DNA of 63,239 nt, filler included, from Chiloscyllium plagiosum (GCF_004010195.1; 3 parts of one record of this genome joined end to end with filler, not necessarily neighbours in it), one strand, 5' to 3'. Positions 25,016 through 38,503 are shown, numbered from the whole stretch's first letter. Numbers and translations are program-made. The notes: a model not told the origin generated them from the sequence alone.

Positions 25016-25948
25016 GTTTTTTAATCTTTTTTTTTGTGTGTGCAGGTGTGAGACACAATGAAAGACACAAAGTGCACGAATCTTTATTCAAATTCCACCA
25101 CCAGGAAGAAAGGAAAACACCCGGGTGGCCAGTGACAAACACTGCCCTTCACATCAAAGGGCAGTGCTGTGTGATCAAAACAGTGAAGGGAGGGGAGGGA
25201 CTAAATCAAAATAGATTTGGAGGGAGAAATGATGCACTCTACTCCCTGTGGCGCCCACCTCTCCCTGAACAACTCCAGGGTGTTGGTGGACACCGCGTGC
25301 TCCTTCTCCAAGGACACCCGGGCCCTAACGTAACCGCGGAAGAGGGGCAGGCAGTCGGCCCTAACAACCCCCTCCACGGCCCGCTGCCTCAACCTGTTAA
25401 TGGCCAGTTTGGCCAGGCCCAGGAGCAGACCCACGAGAAGGTCTTCAGACCTGCCCTCCCTCCTCCGTNNNNNNNNNNNNNNNNNNNNNNNNNNNNNNNN
25501 NNNNNNNNNNNNNNNNNNNNNNNNNNNNNNNNNNNNNNNNNNNNNNNNNNNNNNNNNNNNNNNNNNNNNNNNNNNNNNNNNNNNNNNNNNNNNNNNNNNN
25601 NNNNNNNNNNNNNNNNNNNNNNNNNNNNNNNNNNNNNNNNNNNNNNNNNNNNNNNNNNNNNNNNNNNNNNNNNNNNNNNNAGCAGCAGTCTATACAGGGC
25701 CCTCCTTTTTACATCTTTGAAGGAGACAAAATTAAAATTTCGGAGGCGGCTCAGGTTGTGGGGCACAGGCTCCCGCGGGAAGTATGGGACCTTGGGGCCA
25801 ATGTGAAATTCCGTCCGGGCAGGGGTGAGCATGGACGGGATTCCCACCACACACCTGAGCGTCCTCCAACTGGTGCACTACGTCGGGTCCGAGCACTGCC
25901 GTTTTAAGGCGTCGGATGGCGGTGGCTACGTACCGGACGTCTACCGTT
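25016..25948 (-). mobile_element. 5'-truncated Tx1/L1-clade LINE (young, CpG-rich; contains a 212-N gap)
   Basis: Minus ORF LLLGLAKLAINR..LELFRERW resembles an L1/Tx1 ORF2 C-terminus. A-rich tail at 25016-25035. 15-bp TSD tagattggccaggtt (25001-25015 / 25949-25963). Confidence 0.75.
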
Positions 25949-26170
25949 TAGATTGGCCAGGTTAACAACCGTATTCAAGGATCTCAATCAATGAGATCCA
26001 CCTGATTCCAATCACGACAGGGAGCTACATTCTTGATTACCAAGGGGATGAAAGAATACCGGGGGTATGCAGGAATGTAGCGTTGATCAGCCATGAGTTT
26101 GCCAAATGGCGGAGCTGATTTGAAGGTCTGAGCGGCTGACTTCTGTCCTTATTTGGATGCTTGTGTGACA

Positions 26171-26304
26171 CTGCATTCCTGAAGAAGGGCTTATGCCCGA
26201 AATGTCGATTCTCCTGCTCCTTTGATGCTGCCTGACCTGCTGCGTTTTTCCAGCAACACATTTTTAAGCTCTGATCTCCAGCATCTGCAGTCCTCACTTT
26301 CTCC
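26171..26304 (+). mobile_element. PLE-derived mini-element (family A), single arm with tail and hammerhead motif
   Basis: ctgaagaagggcttatgcccgaaatgtc. TSD tg(c/t)ttgtgtgaca (26158-26170 / 26305-26317). Confidence 0.8.
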
Positions 26305-26779
26305 TGTTTGTGTGACAGGTTATCAGCAGTTTCCAGAAAGTAGACAAATCAGCTGAGGCACAAGCTAATTGAATGGCAAGGCAAACTGAAGGAGCAGAGT
26401 TGTCTTTTCCTGCTGCAAATTCAAATGTTCCTATGTTTGTATGTTCCTGTGAGTGATCAGGAGAGAAGGATAAGCTGACTGTCTGGCAACAAGCACCAAT
26501 GTGCTGGGCTGCTCTATTTTTTTCACATTACAATTAAGCTACTATTAAACAGCCTTTTCTTGAGATTTATCCACACCTTGGAATTGAAAAATCTCGCGTT
26601 CACTTGTGCTGATCTTTACAGCAACCTGCTGCTTATCAATCTTACTGCATTTTTTCAACTCTGGAATTTTGTGAATTCCCCATACACTATTGGTAGGGAC
26701 CTTCAGTTCCCTAGGGCCTAAGGTCTGGAATGCTCTCAGACTTTATGTTATTCACCCTTCTGAATTGATTGCACTTTTC

Positions 26780-27320
26780 TTATTTACTCTGGGGACATGG
26801 GCATTGTTGGCTGGGTCAGCATTTACTGCCTGTCCCTAGTTGCCCTTGAGAAAGTGGTGGTGAGCTACCTTCTTGAACCACTGCAGTCCACCTGCTGTGG
26901 GTACACCTTCAATGCCCTTAAGGAGGGAATTTCAGGATTTTTGACCCAGTGACAGTGAAGGAATGGCAATATATTTTCAAGCCAGGATGGTGAGTAGTTT
27001 GGAGAGAAACCTGAAGGTGGTGGTGATGATGTTCCCATGTATCTGCTGCCCTTGTCCTTCTAAATGGAAGTTGCCATGGGTTTGGAAAGTGGTGTCTGAG
27101 GATCTTTGGTGAATTTATACAGTGCACCTTGTACACAGTACACACTAATGCTACTGAGCGTTGGTGGTGGAGGGAGTGAATGTTGGTGGATTTGATGCCA
27201 ATTAAGTGGGCTGCTTTGTCCTGGAGGCTTGTCAAGCTTCTTGAGTGTTGTTGGAGCAGCACTTATCCAGGCAAGAGGCAAGAATTCCATCAGACACCTA
27301 ATGTGCGTATTTTAGATGGT
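26780..27320 (-). mobile_element. LINE 3' fragment (CR1/L2-like)
   Basis: MEFLPLAWISAAPTTLKKLD..QDKAAHLIG..HSLHHQRSVA..YKVH. Confidence 0.7.
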
Positions 27321-27324
27321 GTCA

Positions 27325-28050
27325 TCAAGTCGGGAGTTGAGAAGTCATATTGAGGTTATACAGGATGTTGGTGAGGCCTCTTCTGGAATACTGTGTCCTG
27401 TTCGGGTCACCCAGTTATAGGAAGGATGTTATCAAGCTGGAGAGGGTTCAGAAGAGATTTACCAGGATGTTGGTGGGTGTGGAAGATTTGAGTTATAAAG
27501 AAAGGTTGGATAGGCTGAGACCTTTTTCACTAGAGTTTGAGAGGCAATATGATAGAAGTTTATAATTTTTTTTATTTTCATAGGCATATGGACAAGAATG
27601 GAATAGTGTAGATTAAATGGGCTTCAGATTGGTTCCACAGGTCGGTGTAACACCGAGGGCTGAAGGGCCTGTACTGCGCTGTAATGTTCTATGTTCTATA
27701 AAATAATGAGGGGTATAGATAGAGATAATGGTAATTGGCTTTTTCTTAGGATGGGTGACTTCAAGACAAGGGGTCACATTTTTAAGGTGAGAGGAGACAG
27801 ATTTAAAAAAGACATGAGGCAAATTTTTTATAACTGTGGTTCATGTGTGGAATGAACTCCTGAGAAAGTGGTGGATGTGGGTACAATTACAACATTTAAA
27901 TGACATTTGGATAAGCACACAATGGGGAAAGGCTCGGAGGGATATGGGTCAGGCGCAGGCAGGAGGAACTGGTTTAGTTTGGGATTATGTTCGGCATGAT
28001 CTGGTTGGACTGAATGGTCTGTTTCCCATGCTGTATGACTCTGTGACTAT
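27325..28050 (+). mobile_element. CR1-like LINE 3' fragment
   Basis: LYRMLVRPLLEYCVLFGSPSYRKDVIKLERVQKRFTRML. Tail tgactctgtgactatga. Confidence 0.8.
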
Positions 28051-30566
28051 GATTCTACAATACTTTCGATCTGACTTGTCCAAGCCAACCAAGTTTCCCA
28101 AACTAAGTAAATCCCATTTCCCTGTGTTTGGCCCATTTCTCTATAAACCTATTCATGTACTTGTTCACGTTTTTTTTTTAAATGTTGTAAGTGCACCTGA
28201 CTGTATCACTTCCTCTGGCAGTTCATTCCATACACAAGTCACTGAAAACATTGCCCCTCAGGTCTCTTATAAATATTTCTGCTCTCACTCTTAAAATATG
28301 CTCCCTGGTTTTGAAATCAACCATCTCAGGGAAAATAACTTCGCTATTCACATTGTCTGTGCCCCTCATAATTTAATAAACCTCTATAAGGCCACCCCTC
28401 AATCTTTGAGAGAATCAGGAGATAAGTTATTTGTTCTGACTTGCTCTTGCAGCCACTGATTCTATATGGTGAGTTCATTGGAATTTCTGGTCAATGGTCA
28501 CCCCTAGGATGTTAATAGAGGGGGTTTCAGATAGACAAAAAGGGGATGGAGGGAGGTCGAGAAGGAGTAGAAACATCAGATAGACATGTTGGAACTGATG
28601 CCCAGTTCCTGCTCATTAAGATCTTGGTGAGATTTTGTTATCTCTCTCACACACCTTTTTGAGTTGTTCCTTAAACTGCTCCATCTTTGAGAAGAATTTG
28701 GGTCATCTGTCCTGTGTATTCACTTTTGACTTGATGCCAGTGTTTATTTGGTATTACTCCTTTGGAGCACCTTGTGTGAGTTACTGTGTAAAAAGGTCTA
28801 TAAAAACAGAGTTGTTATTGTTGCTGTGAGCTCTAATCTTCATATCAACTTCTACAGAAAACCTGAATGAAAAAAGACTTGAATTTATATCGTGCCATTC
28901 ATGTCTCATGATTTAAGTACTTTTCAAGTGCAGTCACTGTGATAACCTAGAGAGACCTGGGCTGACACTTCAGTGCAGCATTGAGTGGGTATTATACTGT
29001 CAGAAAGGTGGATAAGTTGTTTTTTGGGGGTGGGGGATAGTTTTCTCAAAGTTAGCTCTATCTCTCTCGCACAACTTCAACAGAAGTGTAGCACAAATCC
29101 CTGTGAAATTTCATTTCCATGAACCTGTTTAATGGAAGTTATTAATCCTGTAATACTTATTTAACAGGGGAATATTACAGTTGTCCTGGCCAGCATGACT
29201 CCAAAGAACGCATTGTAATTCATCAGTCAACTCAGTTGTGTTTGTGGATCAGCTTCTATATTTGTCTTGTAACCAATCACTGCTTTACAATGTAATGAAT
29301 TGCACATGACTGATTTTGAGATACGATAAGCTGAATGCAGCAAAAGCTCATAAACGTAGCATTGGAACAAGATAGATGTAGTCCATTGGACTAGTTACAC
29401 AACTCCAAAACAGAATAGACGACCATTGCCCAATAGCTTTCTCAGCTACATTTGTTAAACTATCTCTTGAAGTTTCTTTACCATCCAATGGCTGTAATAC
29501 TATCTGACCTATAATTTGCTTTACTCTCCCTTCTCAACTTTCTCCTTTCTTTGTGGTAATTGACAGAAGAAAAGGGAGATAAGGAGGCAGAATAATTCGA
29601 GATGGGCAATACAATGCAACTGCCAGCAAAACTCACACCCCATAAAGGTATGGAAGAAAATTCTCTATTTTGATAATGTTCCTCAATCCCAAACTTGAAA
29701 GAACATTCCCTAACACACCTGCTCTATTTATCCAACTTCCCTTTAGCTACCCGGTATTACAGTAGGATCATGATTTAATCCTCATTCCAAGCCTGTAGTA
29801 GAGAGTAATGGACTGACGATCCAGTGTTGTTCTGGGGGGAAAATACATAATCAGAAATGGTGACATTCTGGATGAGATGAAATTAAAGAACAAAACTCAT
29901 GCTGCTATTTGAAAAAGAATTGAGTTCTCCTGACATCCTGGTCAATATTTATCCCTCAGCAAAAAAAAATCAATTGAGCATTCATTTCATTGCTGTTTGT
30001 GAGAGCTTACTGTATATACAATTGATTGCTGTTTTTATCTACATTATTGCAGCACTCATACATTATAAAAAGTAGTTAATTGGCTGTGAATGGATCCTGA
30101 GACAATCTAAGAACTTAAAAGGTATTATATAAATTGAGTAAGTGTCTTTATTTAAGTCTGAGGTCCTTTTAATAGAAATTGGTCTCCCTGATGGGAAACC
30201 TGCCAGCAATACTGTAAGATTAGGAAGTTATCAATGGCTCTGGATCCCTGCAAACTGACCTGAGGCTTGGGTTTTTGCCCATCCAAAGGAACTACCTGCC
30301 CAGTGACAACAAACCCAGAACAGGAGACAAAAGGCAACCATTTTAATAAAACACTTTCATTCAGTTTATTTGCTTATGGAATGAGGACATGGTTGGCAAA
30401 GCCTGTGTCTATTGCACATTGATAATCTTCCATGGGAAGGTGACGGTGAGTAGTTTGAAGGGGAAAGTATAGAGGCCAACAAACAAAATTAGAATAGTGT
30501 TTCGGAAATAGTAGTTAGACTCGATGTTATTGGCTTCATCTCAGAGTACAAACTACGTAGATTTCA

Positions 30567-30944
30567 TGATTTGGAGGTGCCGGTGTTGGATTGTGGTGGA
30601 GCAAGATAACAATCTCACAAAATCAGGTTCTAGTCCAACAGGTTTATTTGGAAGCACTAGCTTTTGGAGCGCTGCTCCTTCATCAGGTGGGTTGCCATAA
30701 TGAAATGAATGCTGAACTGATTTTTTGGCTGAGGGATAAATATTGACCAGGATGTCAGGAGATCTCGATTCTTTTTCAAATAGCAGCATGAGTTTTTTTT
30801 CTTTAACTTCAGACTGAACATCTCATCCGGAATGTCACCATTTCTGATTATGTAGAAGTCACTTGATGAAGGAGCAGTGCTCTGAAAGCGAGTGCTTCTA
30901 AATAAACCTGTTGGAAAATAACCTGGTGTTGGGTGATTTACAAA
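30567..30944. mobile_element. Fold-back family-B PLE termini enclosing an inverted copy of nearby genomic DNA
   Basis: Minus arm 30567-30690 and plus arm about 30860-30940. The middle (30699-30854) is the reverse complement of 29844-29991. Imperfect TSD tacgtagatttca / taagtaggtttca. Confidence 0.8.
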
Positions 30945-33179
30945 TAAGTAGGTTTCAAAAGTGTAGAAATTGACCATTTATGTCAAATATGATCAAGCTA
31001 AGACTGAAGGGCTACTGCAGTGCAGTGGTAATGTCCCTACCTTTTCAGCCATTGGCTCATATCCCACCTATTCTGGAGGTGTATGAAAACATCTCTGAAC
31101 AGGTTGACTTTTAAATAGTGTAAATAAACTAAGGCTGAGAATATGTAAGTGGAGGGTGTTCATTATATGATTATTTGGTATTATCTCTGGGCCAGCAGAT
31201 CTGGATTCACTTCACAACTACAAAGCAAGTCAGGAGGGGTGGGGATGGAGGTGCAGTACAGTGACCCTAACTCTGGGCCAGAAATCTGGGTTCAACTCAT
31301 GCCTACTCCGGCAGTGTGTCATAGTCAATAAGGCCATAAGATATAGAAGCAGAATAAGGCCATTCAGCCCACTGAAACTGCTCTGTCATTTGATCATGGC
31401 TGATATGTTTCTCAACCTCATTATCCTGCCTTCTCCCCAAAATCTTTGATCCTCTTACTAATCAAGAACCTATCTGCCTCAGTCTTGCATATACTCAATG
31501 ACTTGACCTCCACACCTTTCTGTAGCAATGAGTTGCACAGATTCATCAGTCTCTGGCTCCTTCCATAGAAATACTTCAGAGAAATACTAAAATGAATGAA
31601 AATGCTCCTTCTAAAGGGCCATCCCTTCACTCTGAGTCCGTGCCCTCAGGTCCTAATCTCTCCTACTAGTGGAAACATCTTGTCCATGTCCACTCTTTTG
31701 GTCTCTCAGTATTCTGTACGTTTCAATGAGATCCCCCTTCATCCTCCAAAGCTCCATTGAATACAGACCCAGAGTCCTCAATGCTCCTCATTTGTCAAGC
31801 CCTTCATTCCTGGAATCATTCACATAAACTTTCTCTGGATGCCTTCCAAGACTAGCACATCATTGCTTTGAAATAGGGCCCGGAACTACTCAATATTCTA
31901 AATGCAGTCTGAGCAGAGCCTTACACAGCCTCTGTAGTACATCTGTGCTCTTGTACTCAAGCCTTCTTGAAATGAATGCTAATGTTGCATTTGCCTTCCC
32001 AAATTGCCAAATGACCCTGAAAGTTAACCTTAAGAGAATCCTGAACTAGGATTCCCAAATCTCTTTGTGGTTCAGATTTCCAAATTCTTTTCCCCGCTTA
32101 GAAAAAGACGTCGGAGGTGGTGTGCTAAATGATGAGAGTTTTGAGAGCCTGGCCTTTGTTTTGTGTAAATGAATGGTTTTTGAATGAGGTACTACCTCAC
32201 CCTTCATGTTTCATGACTTGTGGGATAAGTAGCTGCTCCTCAATATTGCTGTTCTGGCTGGATGAGAATGGGTAGGAGGGGGCAGCACTGAGGAAAACCT
32301 CACTGAGATTGATCAGTTTTGGTTAGGCAATAAAGATTATAGATCAATGGGCCGATGGAATGAGAGCCATGCTTTCACCAAATTGCTGAAGAGGCTCAAG
32401 GGATTGACCTTGTTCATAGGATCATGAATCGTTGGAACATTTGTCCCTAGAGAGCAGAGAAAGCAGGGTCATCGAATAGGTTTAAGTCCACTCATTCTTG
32501 ACTAAAAGGGGGAGTGATCAGGGATAGCTGGGAATGTGGACTTGAGGCCATATTCAGATCAGCCGTGATCTTATTGAATAACAGAGAAGGCGAGGGGGCT
32601 AAATGACCTACACTGCTTATCAGTGGATTGTCATAGGAGAAAGGAGTCCATCTTTACTCTGTTTTGGATTTATTCACTAAGTCCATTACAGGTGCATAGC
32701 TCCTAACTCTACTAGCTACTACCAGCATCAATACTGTCTCTAATCAACCTGTTTGCTCACATCTGATCACATCTCTGGATTGAGTGATACTTGAATCTCG
32801 ACCTTCCAGTCCAGAGGTAGTGATAGTACCAAAAGACTCCTAAATAGAACTTTACATTCACAATTAGTGAGTAATCCTTGATAATACTTCTGACCAGTTT
32901 CAAACTTGGGATTTTTGTGCTTGTGACCAAATCTTTGTGGACTTTCAACCCAGAGACTCAGGTAATGTTCTGGGGACCCAGGTTCAAATCCTGCCACGGC
33001 AGATGTGGAATTTGAAATCAATAAAAAATCTGGAATTAAGAGTCTAACAATGACCACGAATCCATTGCCAGTTGCCAGAAAAAGCTCATGTGGTTCATTT
33101 AATGCCCTTTAGGAAAGGGAACTGCTGTCCTTACCTGGTCTGGCCCACACGTGACTCCAGAGCGACAGCAATGTGGTTT

Positions 33180-33525
33180 GGGGCAGTACGGTGGCTCAGT
33201 GGTTAGCACTGCTTTGTCACAGCACCAGGGAGCCATGTTTGATTCCAACCTCAGGTGACTGTGTCTGTGTGGAGTTTGTACATTCTCCCAGAGTCTGTAT
33301 GGGTTTCCTCCAGGTGCTCTGGTTTCCTCCAACAGTCCAAAGGTAAGCAGGTTAGGGGGATTGGACAGGCTAAATTGCCCATATATTCAGGGATGTGTGA
33401 GCTAGCCATGGGAAATGCAAGGAGTATACGGATAGGGAAGGGAAGTCAGTCTGGGTGGGATGCTCGTTGGAGGGCCAGTGTGGACTCAATAGGCCAAATG
33501 GCCTGCTTCCACAGTGTAGGGATGG
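33180..33525 (+). mobile_element. HE1-like SINE
   Basis: gggcagtacggtggctcagtggttagcactgct head and V-domain. Confidence 0.85.
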
Positions 33526-34359
33526 TGTAGAAAGGATGGACAGAGGGGACAAGGTTTCCTTGATAGTAAGAAATGAAAGTCAATTGACTGCAAAAACGCT
33601 ACAGGTTAAAATGCTGGAAAATGTGTTTAGAAAGATGGATAATATGGCTATGTAATAGTTAGCACAGACCTGATGGACCGAAGGGCCTCTCTTTGTGCTA
33701 CAAAAACTCAATGATTCCAAGACCATCAAGATGGCTGCTAAATAAAGCAAACACAAGAGTAAGGAAGAGTATAGAGAACGTTATTAACACACTTTGCTTT
33801 TCTTTGAGAAATCACTCATTTGTTGTTTGAAATGTTGTAAATAATCTCTCAAATCTCCACTCAAAATAACTTAAAGAGTCCTGAAATGACACACTCTCAA
33901 TTTAAGTGTCCCATTAGTTGATCATCATGTGATTTCTGTTAACTTGTTAACACTTGGCAGTTTGTGAGGGATGAGAGGCTGTTGTCGTGGCATAGTGGTA
34001 GTGTCCCCTACCCCTGGAGCCAGAAGGCCTGAATCTCAGTCCTACTTTGTCCCAGAGGGGTGTCGTGACATCTCTGAACAGGCTGATTAAAAAAATACAG
34101 AAGGGTCACTGGACCCAAAACATTAGCTCGGCTTTCTCTGCCTAGATGCTACCAAGCTTCTCTAGCAATCTTTTTTCTTATTTCCAACATGAGACTTCTT
34201 AAAATAAAAATAAAATACGTCCAGGTTGAGGCGTGGAGGAGATCCGAGTTTGAGTGTAATATCTCTGAACACATCAACTGGAAAATCCCTTACAAGTTGC
34301 CTACAACCACAGCTTGTGTTAGAGCTTCATTAGTAAGTTGTTCATGTAGTTTTTGCTAA

Positions 34360-35400
34360 TATGTTGCACGTGTGACCCTGTTCCCTCAAATTAACTGCTT
34401 TGCTTGTTTCCTGGTGCACCTTTTGTCGCGAAATAAAATCATCTGCACCTATTGTCCTCTGAGACTCCCTGTCACTCTGCATCCTAGTTGCTCATTTGAC
34501 CTTGCCCGCTGTCCCAGTTCAAAGTAGTGTCAGTGTGACTGAGCTTATGCTGCTGTCGAAGATACAGGAAGCCGGCTCTCAATACAGGGGACGCCACTTT
34601 TAAATATTGCCCCTCACTTTCCCAGTTACTTTTAACACTGACTGCTGAGATGTACCGTTTGAAACAAAAACGTGGCAAGTCGCCACAGATGACCATAAAA
34701 AAAAACATAATTTCTTGATCCCGGAAGTTTACATTTGTTTGTGAAATTAACAATTAAAAAAAAACATAGAATCACGAGTAACGTTTTTGGGGGAGGGGGT
34801 ATAGTAAGGCTGAACATTTTCGCTTCTATTAATTTTGATTTGGTTTAGAATTGTGCTAGTTTCATCGCAGTGTTGTACATAAGGCACGTGGATGTTTTGA
34901 ATGTGCCTTGATTAAAACAAAACGCTTGGGTTTTCTTGTGGGTGGGGGTGGTTTAATTTTTTTTAAAAGAAAAGGCGGAGGTCAGCACCCCTAGGCGTTT
35001 CTTGTGCTCGTCTTGCTGGGTCGGGTTCGCCTCTCCGGGTCTGCTGCTTGAAAGAGCAGCGCCCGGCTCTGAACCGAGAGTTCCTTAGACAGACAGACAC
35101 ACACACAGAGAGAGAGGGAGGCAGACGCGATGGACTCTACACGGGTGTTTCATCTGCAGCCGTGTGGTAAGCGGCACCAGTGTCTTTTTTATTTCTTGTG
35201 TTAATTCTTTTTAAACACGCCGAGTGATAAAGCAAATACGCTCCACGTGTTTAATTCATTTCAGCGGCGGGGCGGGGAGGGGGGAAATGCAGGGACATGT
35301 GTCAACTCATGACAGTCGGAGGAGAATATGTCGTTGAAGCCAAGTCGCATCTCGATCTTTGCAGCACGCTTTTTAAGGCATCAACACTTAGAGCGTTCAC
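34360..35400 (+). promoter_or_regulatory. CpG-enriched promoter-like region
   Basis: Marked CpG retention in a CpG-depleted background. ETS motif ccggaagt (34721-34728), CACGTG E-boxes (34885, 35244), GC box ggggcgggg (about 35269). Confidence 0.7.
35130..35166 (+). CDS. Candidate first-exon coding/uORF segment MDSTRVFHLQPC (unidentified gene)
   Basis: Strong Kozak gcgATGg at 35130 and splice donor G|GTAAGC at 35167, inside the CpG island. Confidence 0.4.
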
Positions 35401-36239
35401 AGACTAGGCAAAACGTTTTAAGTATCTGTTTTTGCAAACAGTCTGTGCTTGTGTGTGTAGGATAATTTGTTTATAATAAACATTTTTTTTATTGGCATAG
35501 TCGGCGGGTTCTGAAAGCAGAACAGAAATAGCTGGAGGAAATCAGCAGGGTTGGCAACATCTGTGGAGAGAAAGCAGAGTTAACGTTTTGCATTCAGTGA
35601 CTCCTCAGTTTTGATTCAGTCCAGGGCGAGGCAGTTGTCTGATTTTTTTTTAAAGAAAGGAACACCTGCTTTAGTTCAGAGCTGGCTCATCCAGAGTAAC
35701 TGTGGAAACCTTTCTTTCTCCTCGACCTGAGTAGGGATGGGATTTTGTCGGGGAATAACTGGCAGCTCAGATGATGGCTGTTTGCTCATCTGTGTTCAGA
35801 CTCTGGGCTGGGTAGGTGTAAACTAGATGTTTCTTTTTTGCAGGGAAGTCGAGGTCTCGCCAATAGAAAGTCAGTTTGAGCCTGTTATTCACTGCGGCTG
35901 TTACAAATAACTGGGGATAGAGATTTCAGCAGAATCTCCTTCATCCGCAGGGTGGTGAGAATGTGAAGATGGGGTGCGGGTGAGAGAATTAACAAAATAC
36001 TGGAGAGAAGAGGCTAGAAGAACAGACTAGTGGGCTCTTACTTTTTTGAGGAAGGCTTCTGAATTGTGATTTTTTTTAAGGAGTGCGTGTAGAATAAGGG
36101 TGTGAGGTGACAGTTTTCTAGAGGACTTTGGATGCTCTGTAGTAGCATTTGGATGATTTTATCTTTTCCCTCCTCCCATACAGTGAATTATGGCTAGAAA
36201 TGTATGATGAGAAACTATATTCAGACCCACTAGTTATCA

Positions 36240-36424
36240 GGATTAGTATGGTGCTGGAAAAGCACAGCATCAGAGGAGCAGGAAAATCGACGTTTCTGGC
36301 AGGAACCCTTCATCAGGAATTTTTTTCCTGCTCTTCGGATACTGCCTGGCCTGCTGTGTTTTTCCGGCACCTCTCTCATCTTGACTATAATCTCTAGCAT
36401 CTGCAGTCCTCACTTTCACTTTCG
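36240..36424. mobile_element. Fold-back PLE-derived mini-element
   Basis: 14-bp TSD cccactagttatca (36226-36239 / 36425-36438). Minus-strand ctgatgaagggttcctgccagaaacgtc motif. Confidence 0.8.
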
Positions 36425-38174
36425 CCCACTAGTTATCAACTGAGGAATTACTAAGAGAAGTAAAGGAGGCAAGGAAGGTGGTGGTACACACCTAATGGGC
36501 GAAAAGGCCTCTTTATTGTTGTTTGATTGTGTTGCCATAGTCTTACCAGGCAGTAGGGGCTGGCCTCTTATTAGAGAGAGAAGTGCCTGGTGGTGATTTA
36601 ATCCGAGGGCCACCAGACCACAGGTGAGGGAAGAGGTTGAGAAGGAGCATTCTTCACAGTAACATCAAACCAGTGATGGGAATTGAATGCATGCTGTTGG
36701 CATCACACTGCTCTGTAAACCAACAATCCAGTAAACCAAGCTAAACCAATTTCTCTCTTTATTTTATGATTCTATGAAAAAAAAATACCGTGTTAAAGTT
36801 AAAAGATGCCTCCTGCTAAGATACCCTGTACAAAGAGGGAGTTGAATCTTTTTGAATCATCGGTTTAACTTGTTCGTTGTAATGAAACACACCTGCTCTG
36901 GGTAGGCACCTGCAGCTTATGCAGCATTGCTCCTTTGTAAAGTAGTGCTGAGCAAACCGGACACTGAGGGGTGGGTAGGTGAAGGGGTTAGTGTTAGGTG
37001 GATTGGAACTCGAAGGTTCAAAGGCTAGTCTGAAGGTAGCCACAGAGTTGAGGCAGTTTGGAATTGGGGAATGAAGGAAGGTACAGTGACTGAAACATGG
37101 AACAGCATGTTAGAGCAGATTGCTCAGCTAACCTCGCCCAATCCACGGAGAAACTTAGAAAGCACCAGCAGGTTCGAAGTGCACTTACTGTCGATTGCAG
37201 GAGCAAATTGATAAAGGTTTATAGGTTATGGATAGTGTTATGGAGGCAAAATATTTTCGGAAACATTGCCTTCTGCTCAGTTACAAAGTATTTTGAACTA
37301 TGAATGTTACTGATGCTTGCTGTACAAGTTCCTTTTGATGTTTCAATTTGCGATCCAAGAGTTTGTTTCTCGATGTTCACTGAGTAAGGTGATGATCTCT
37401 GGAGTGAAAGCAAACATTCTGACAGTAGCATGCTGCCTCTCCATCTCAATAAGGGAATACAGTCCATTAGGGTTACTGCTTCTCTTACAGACTAACAATT
37501 TTATTTTCCCATTGTGCCCTATCGAAAGAGAGGGGGAGGAACCAGACTAGACAAGGCTCGATCATGACATCTCATTGAGACTATCAGCAGGCTGTGTGCG
37601 CCATTGTTGTATTCACAACTAAAGAGATATCCTGTAGCTGAGGGTTTCTGGTAAATGCGGAATTGCTCTCCAGTGTGAGCCAGTGTCTTCAGAAGAAGGA
37701 TTTTCATTTACATAGCACTATTCACCCTGCTGCCAGAGTCCCAAAGTGCTTTGTTGATCGTGAAACATTGAAACAATGACTGTCCTCCAGCGTCAAAAAT
37801 TCTGGCTCAAGAATGCTACACAAGTAGGCAGCAATGAGAAAACAGACTTTTTTGAAAAGATCAGATTATTGTTTGTGCCATCTTGGATGCTGGAAAGAAA
37901 CCTTCATGTACTACTTTGAAACAATGCAGTGGGATCCTTCACTTTGCCTGACTGCAGACTTGAAATTGGCTTAATACCTTGCTTGAAAGCCAGGACGTTT
38001 TAAGAGTGCAGCACCTTTTTCAGTATTGCATTGGAAGCATCAGCCCTACCTTTGTTCCTGTGGTATTTTGGTCCAACTTTGCCCTTTTTAGAATAGAGGA
38101 GATTTATCAGGCACTGAAAATAATCAGTGCTGATTTTTCAGGCACCAAGAGTTTCCAGAACAGATTGCTTAATT

Positions 38175-38503
38175 TTAGATTCGATTCCCTACAGTATGGA
38201 AACTGGCCCTTTGGCCTAACAAGTCCACACTGACCCTCCGAAGAGTAACCCACCCAGACCCATTCCCCTATCCTATATTTACCCCTGACCAATGCATCTA
38301 ACAGTATGGGAAATTTAGCATGGCCAATTCACCTGACCTGCACATCTTTGGATTGTGGGAGGAAACCGGAGCACCTGGAGGAAACCCACACGGACACAGG
38401 GAGAATGTGCAAACTCCACACAGATAGTCACCCGAGGCTGGAATCGAACCTGGCTCCCTGGCACTGTGAGGCAGCAGTGCTAATCACTGAGCTACAGTGT
38501 GGC
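38175..38503 (-). mobile_element. HE1-like SINE
   Basis: Reverse complement of the element at 21356. Confidence 0.85.
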
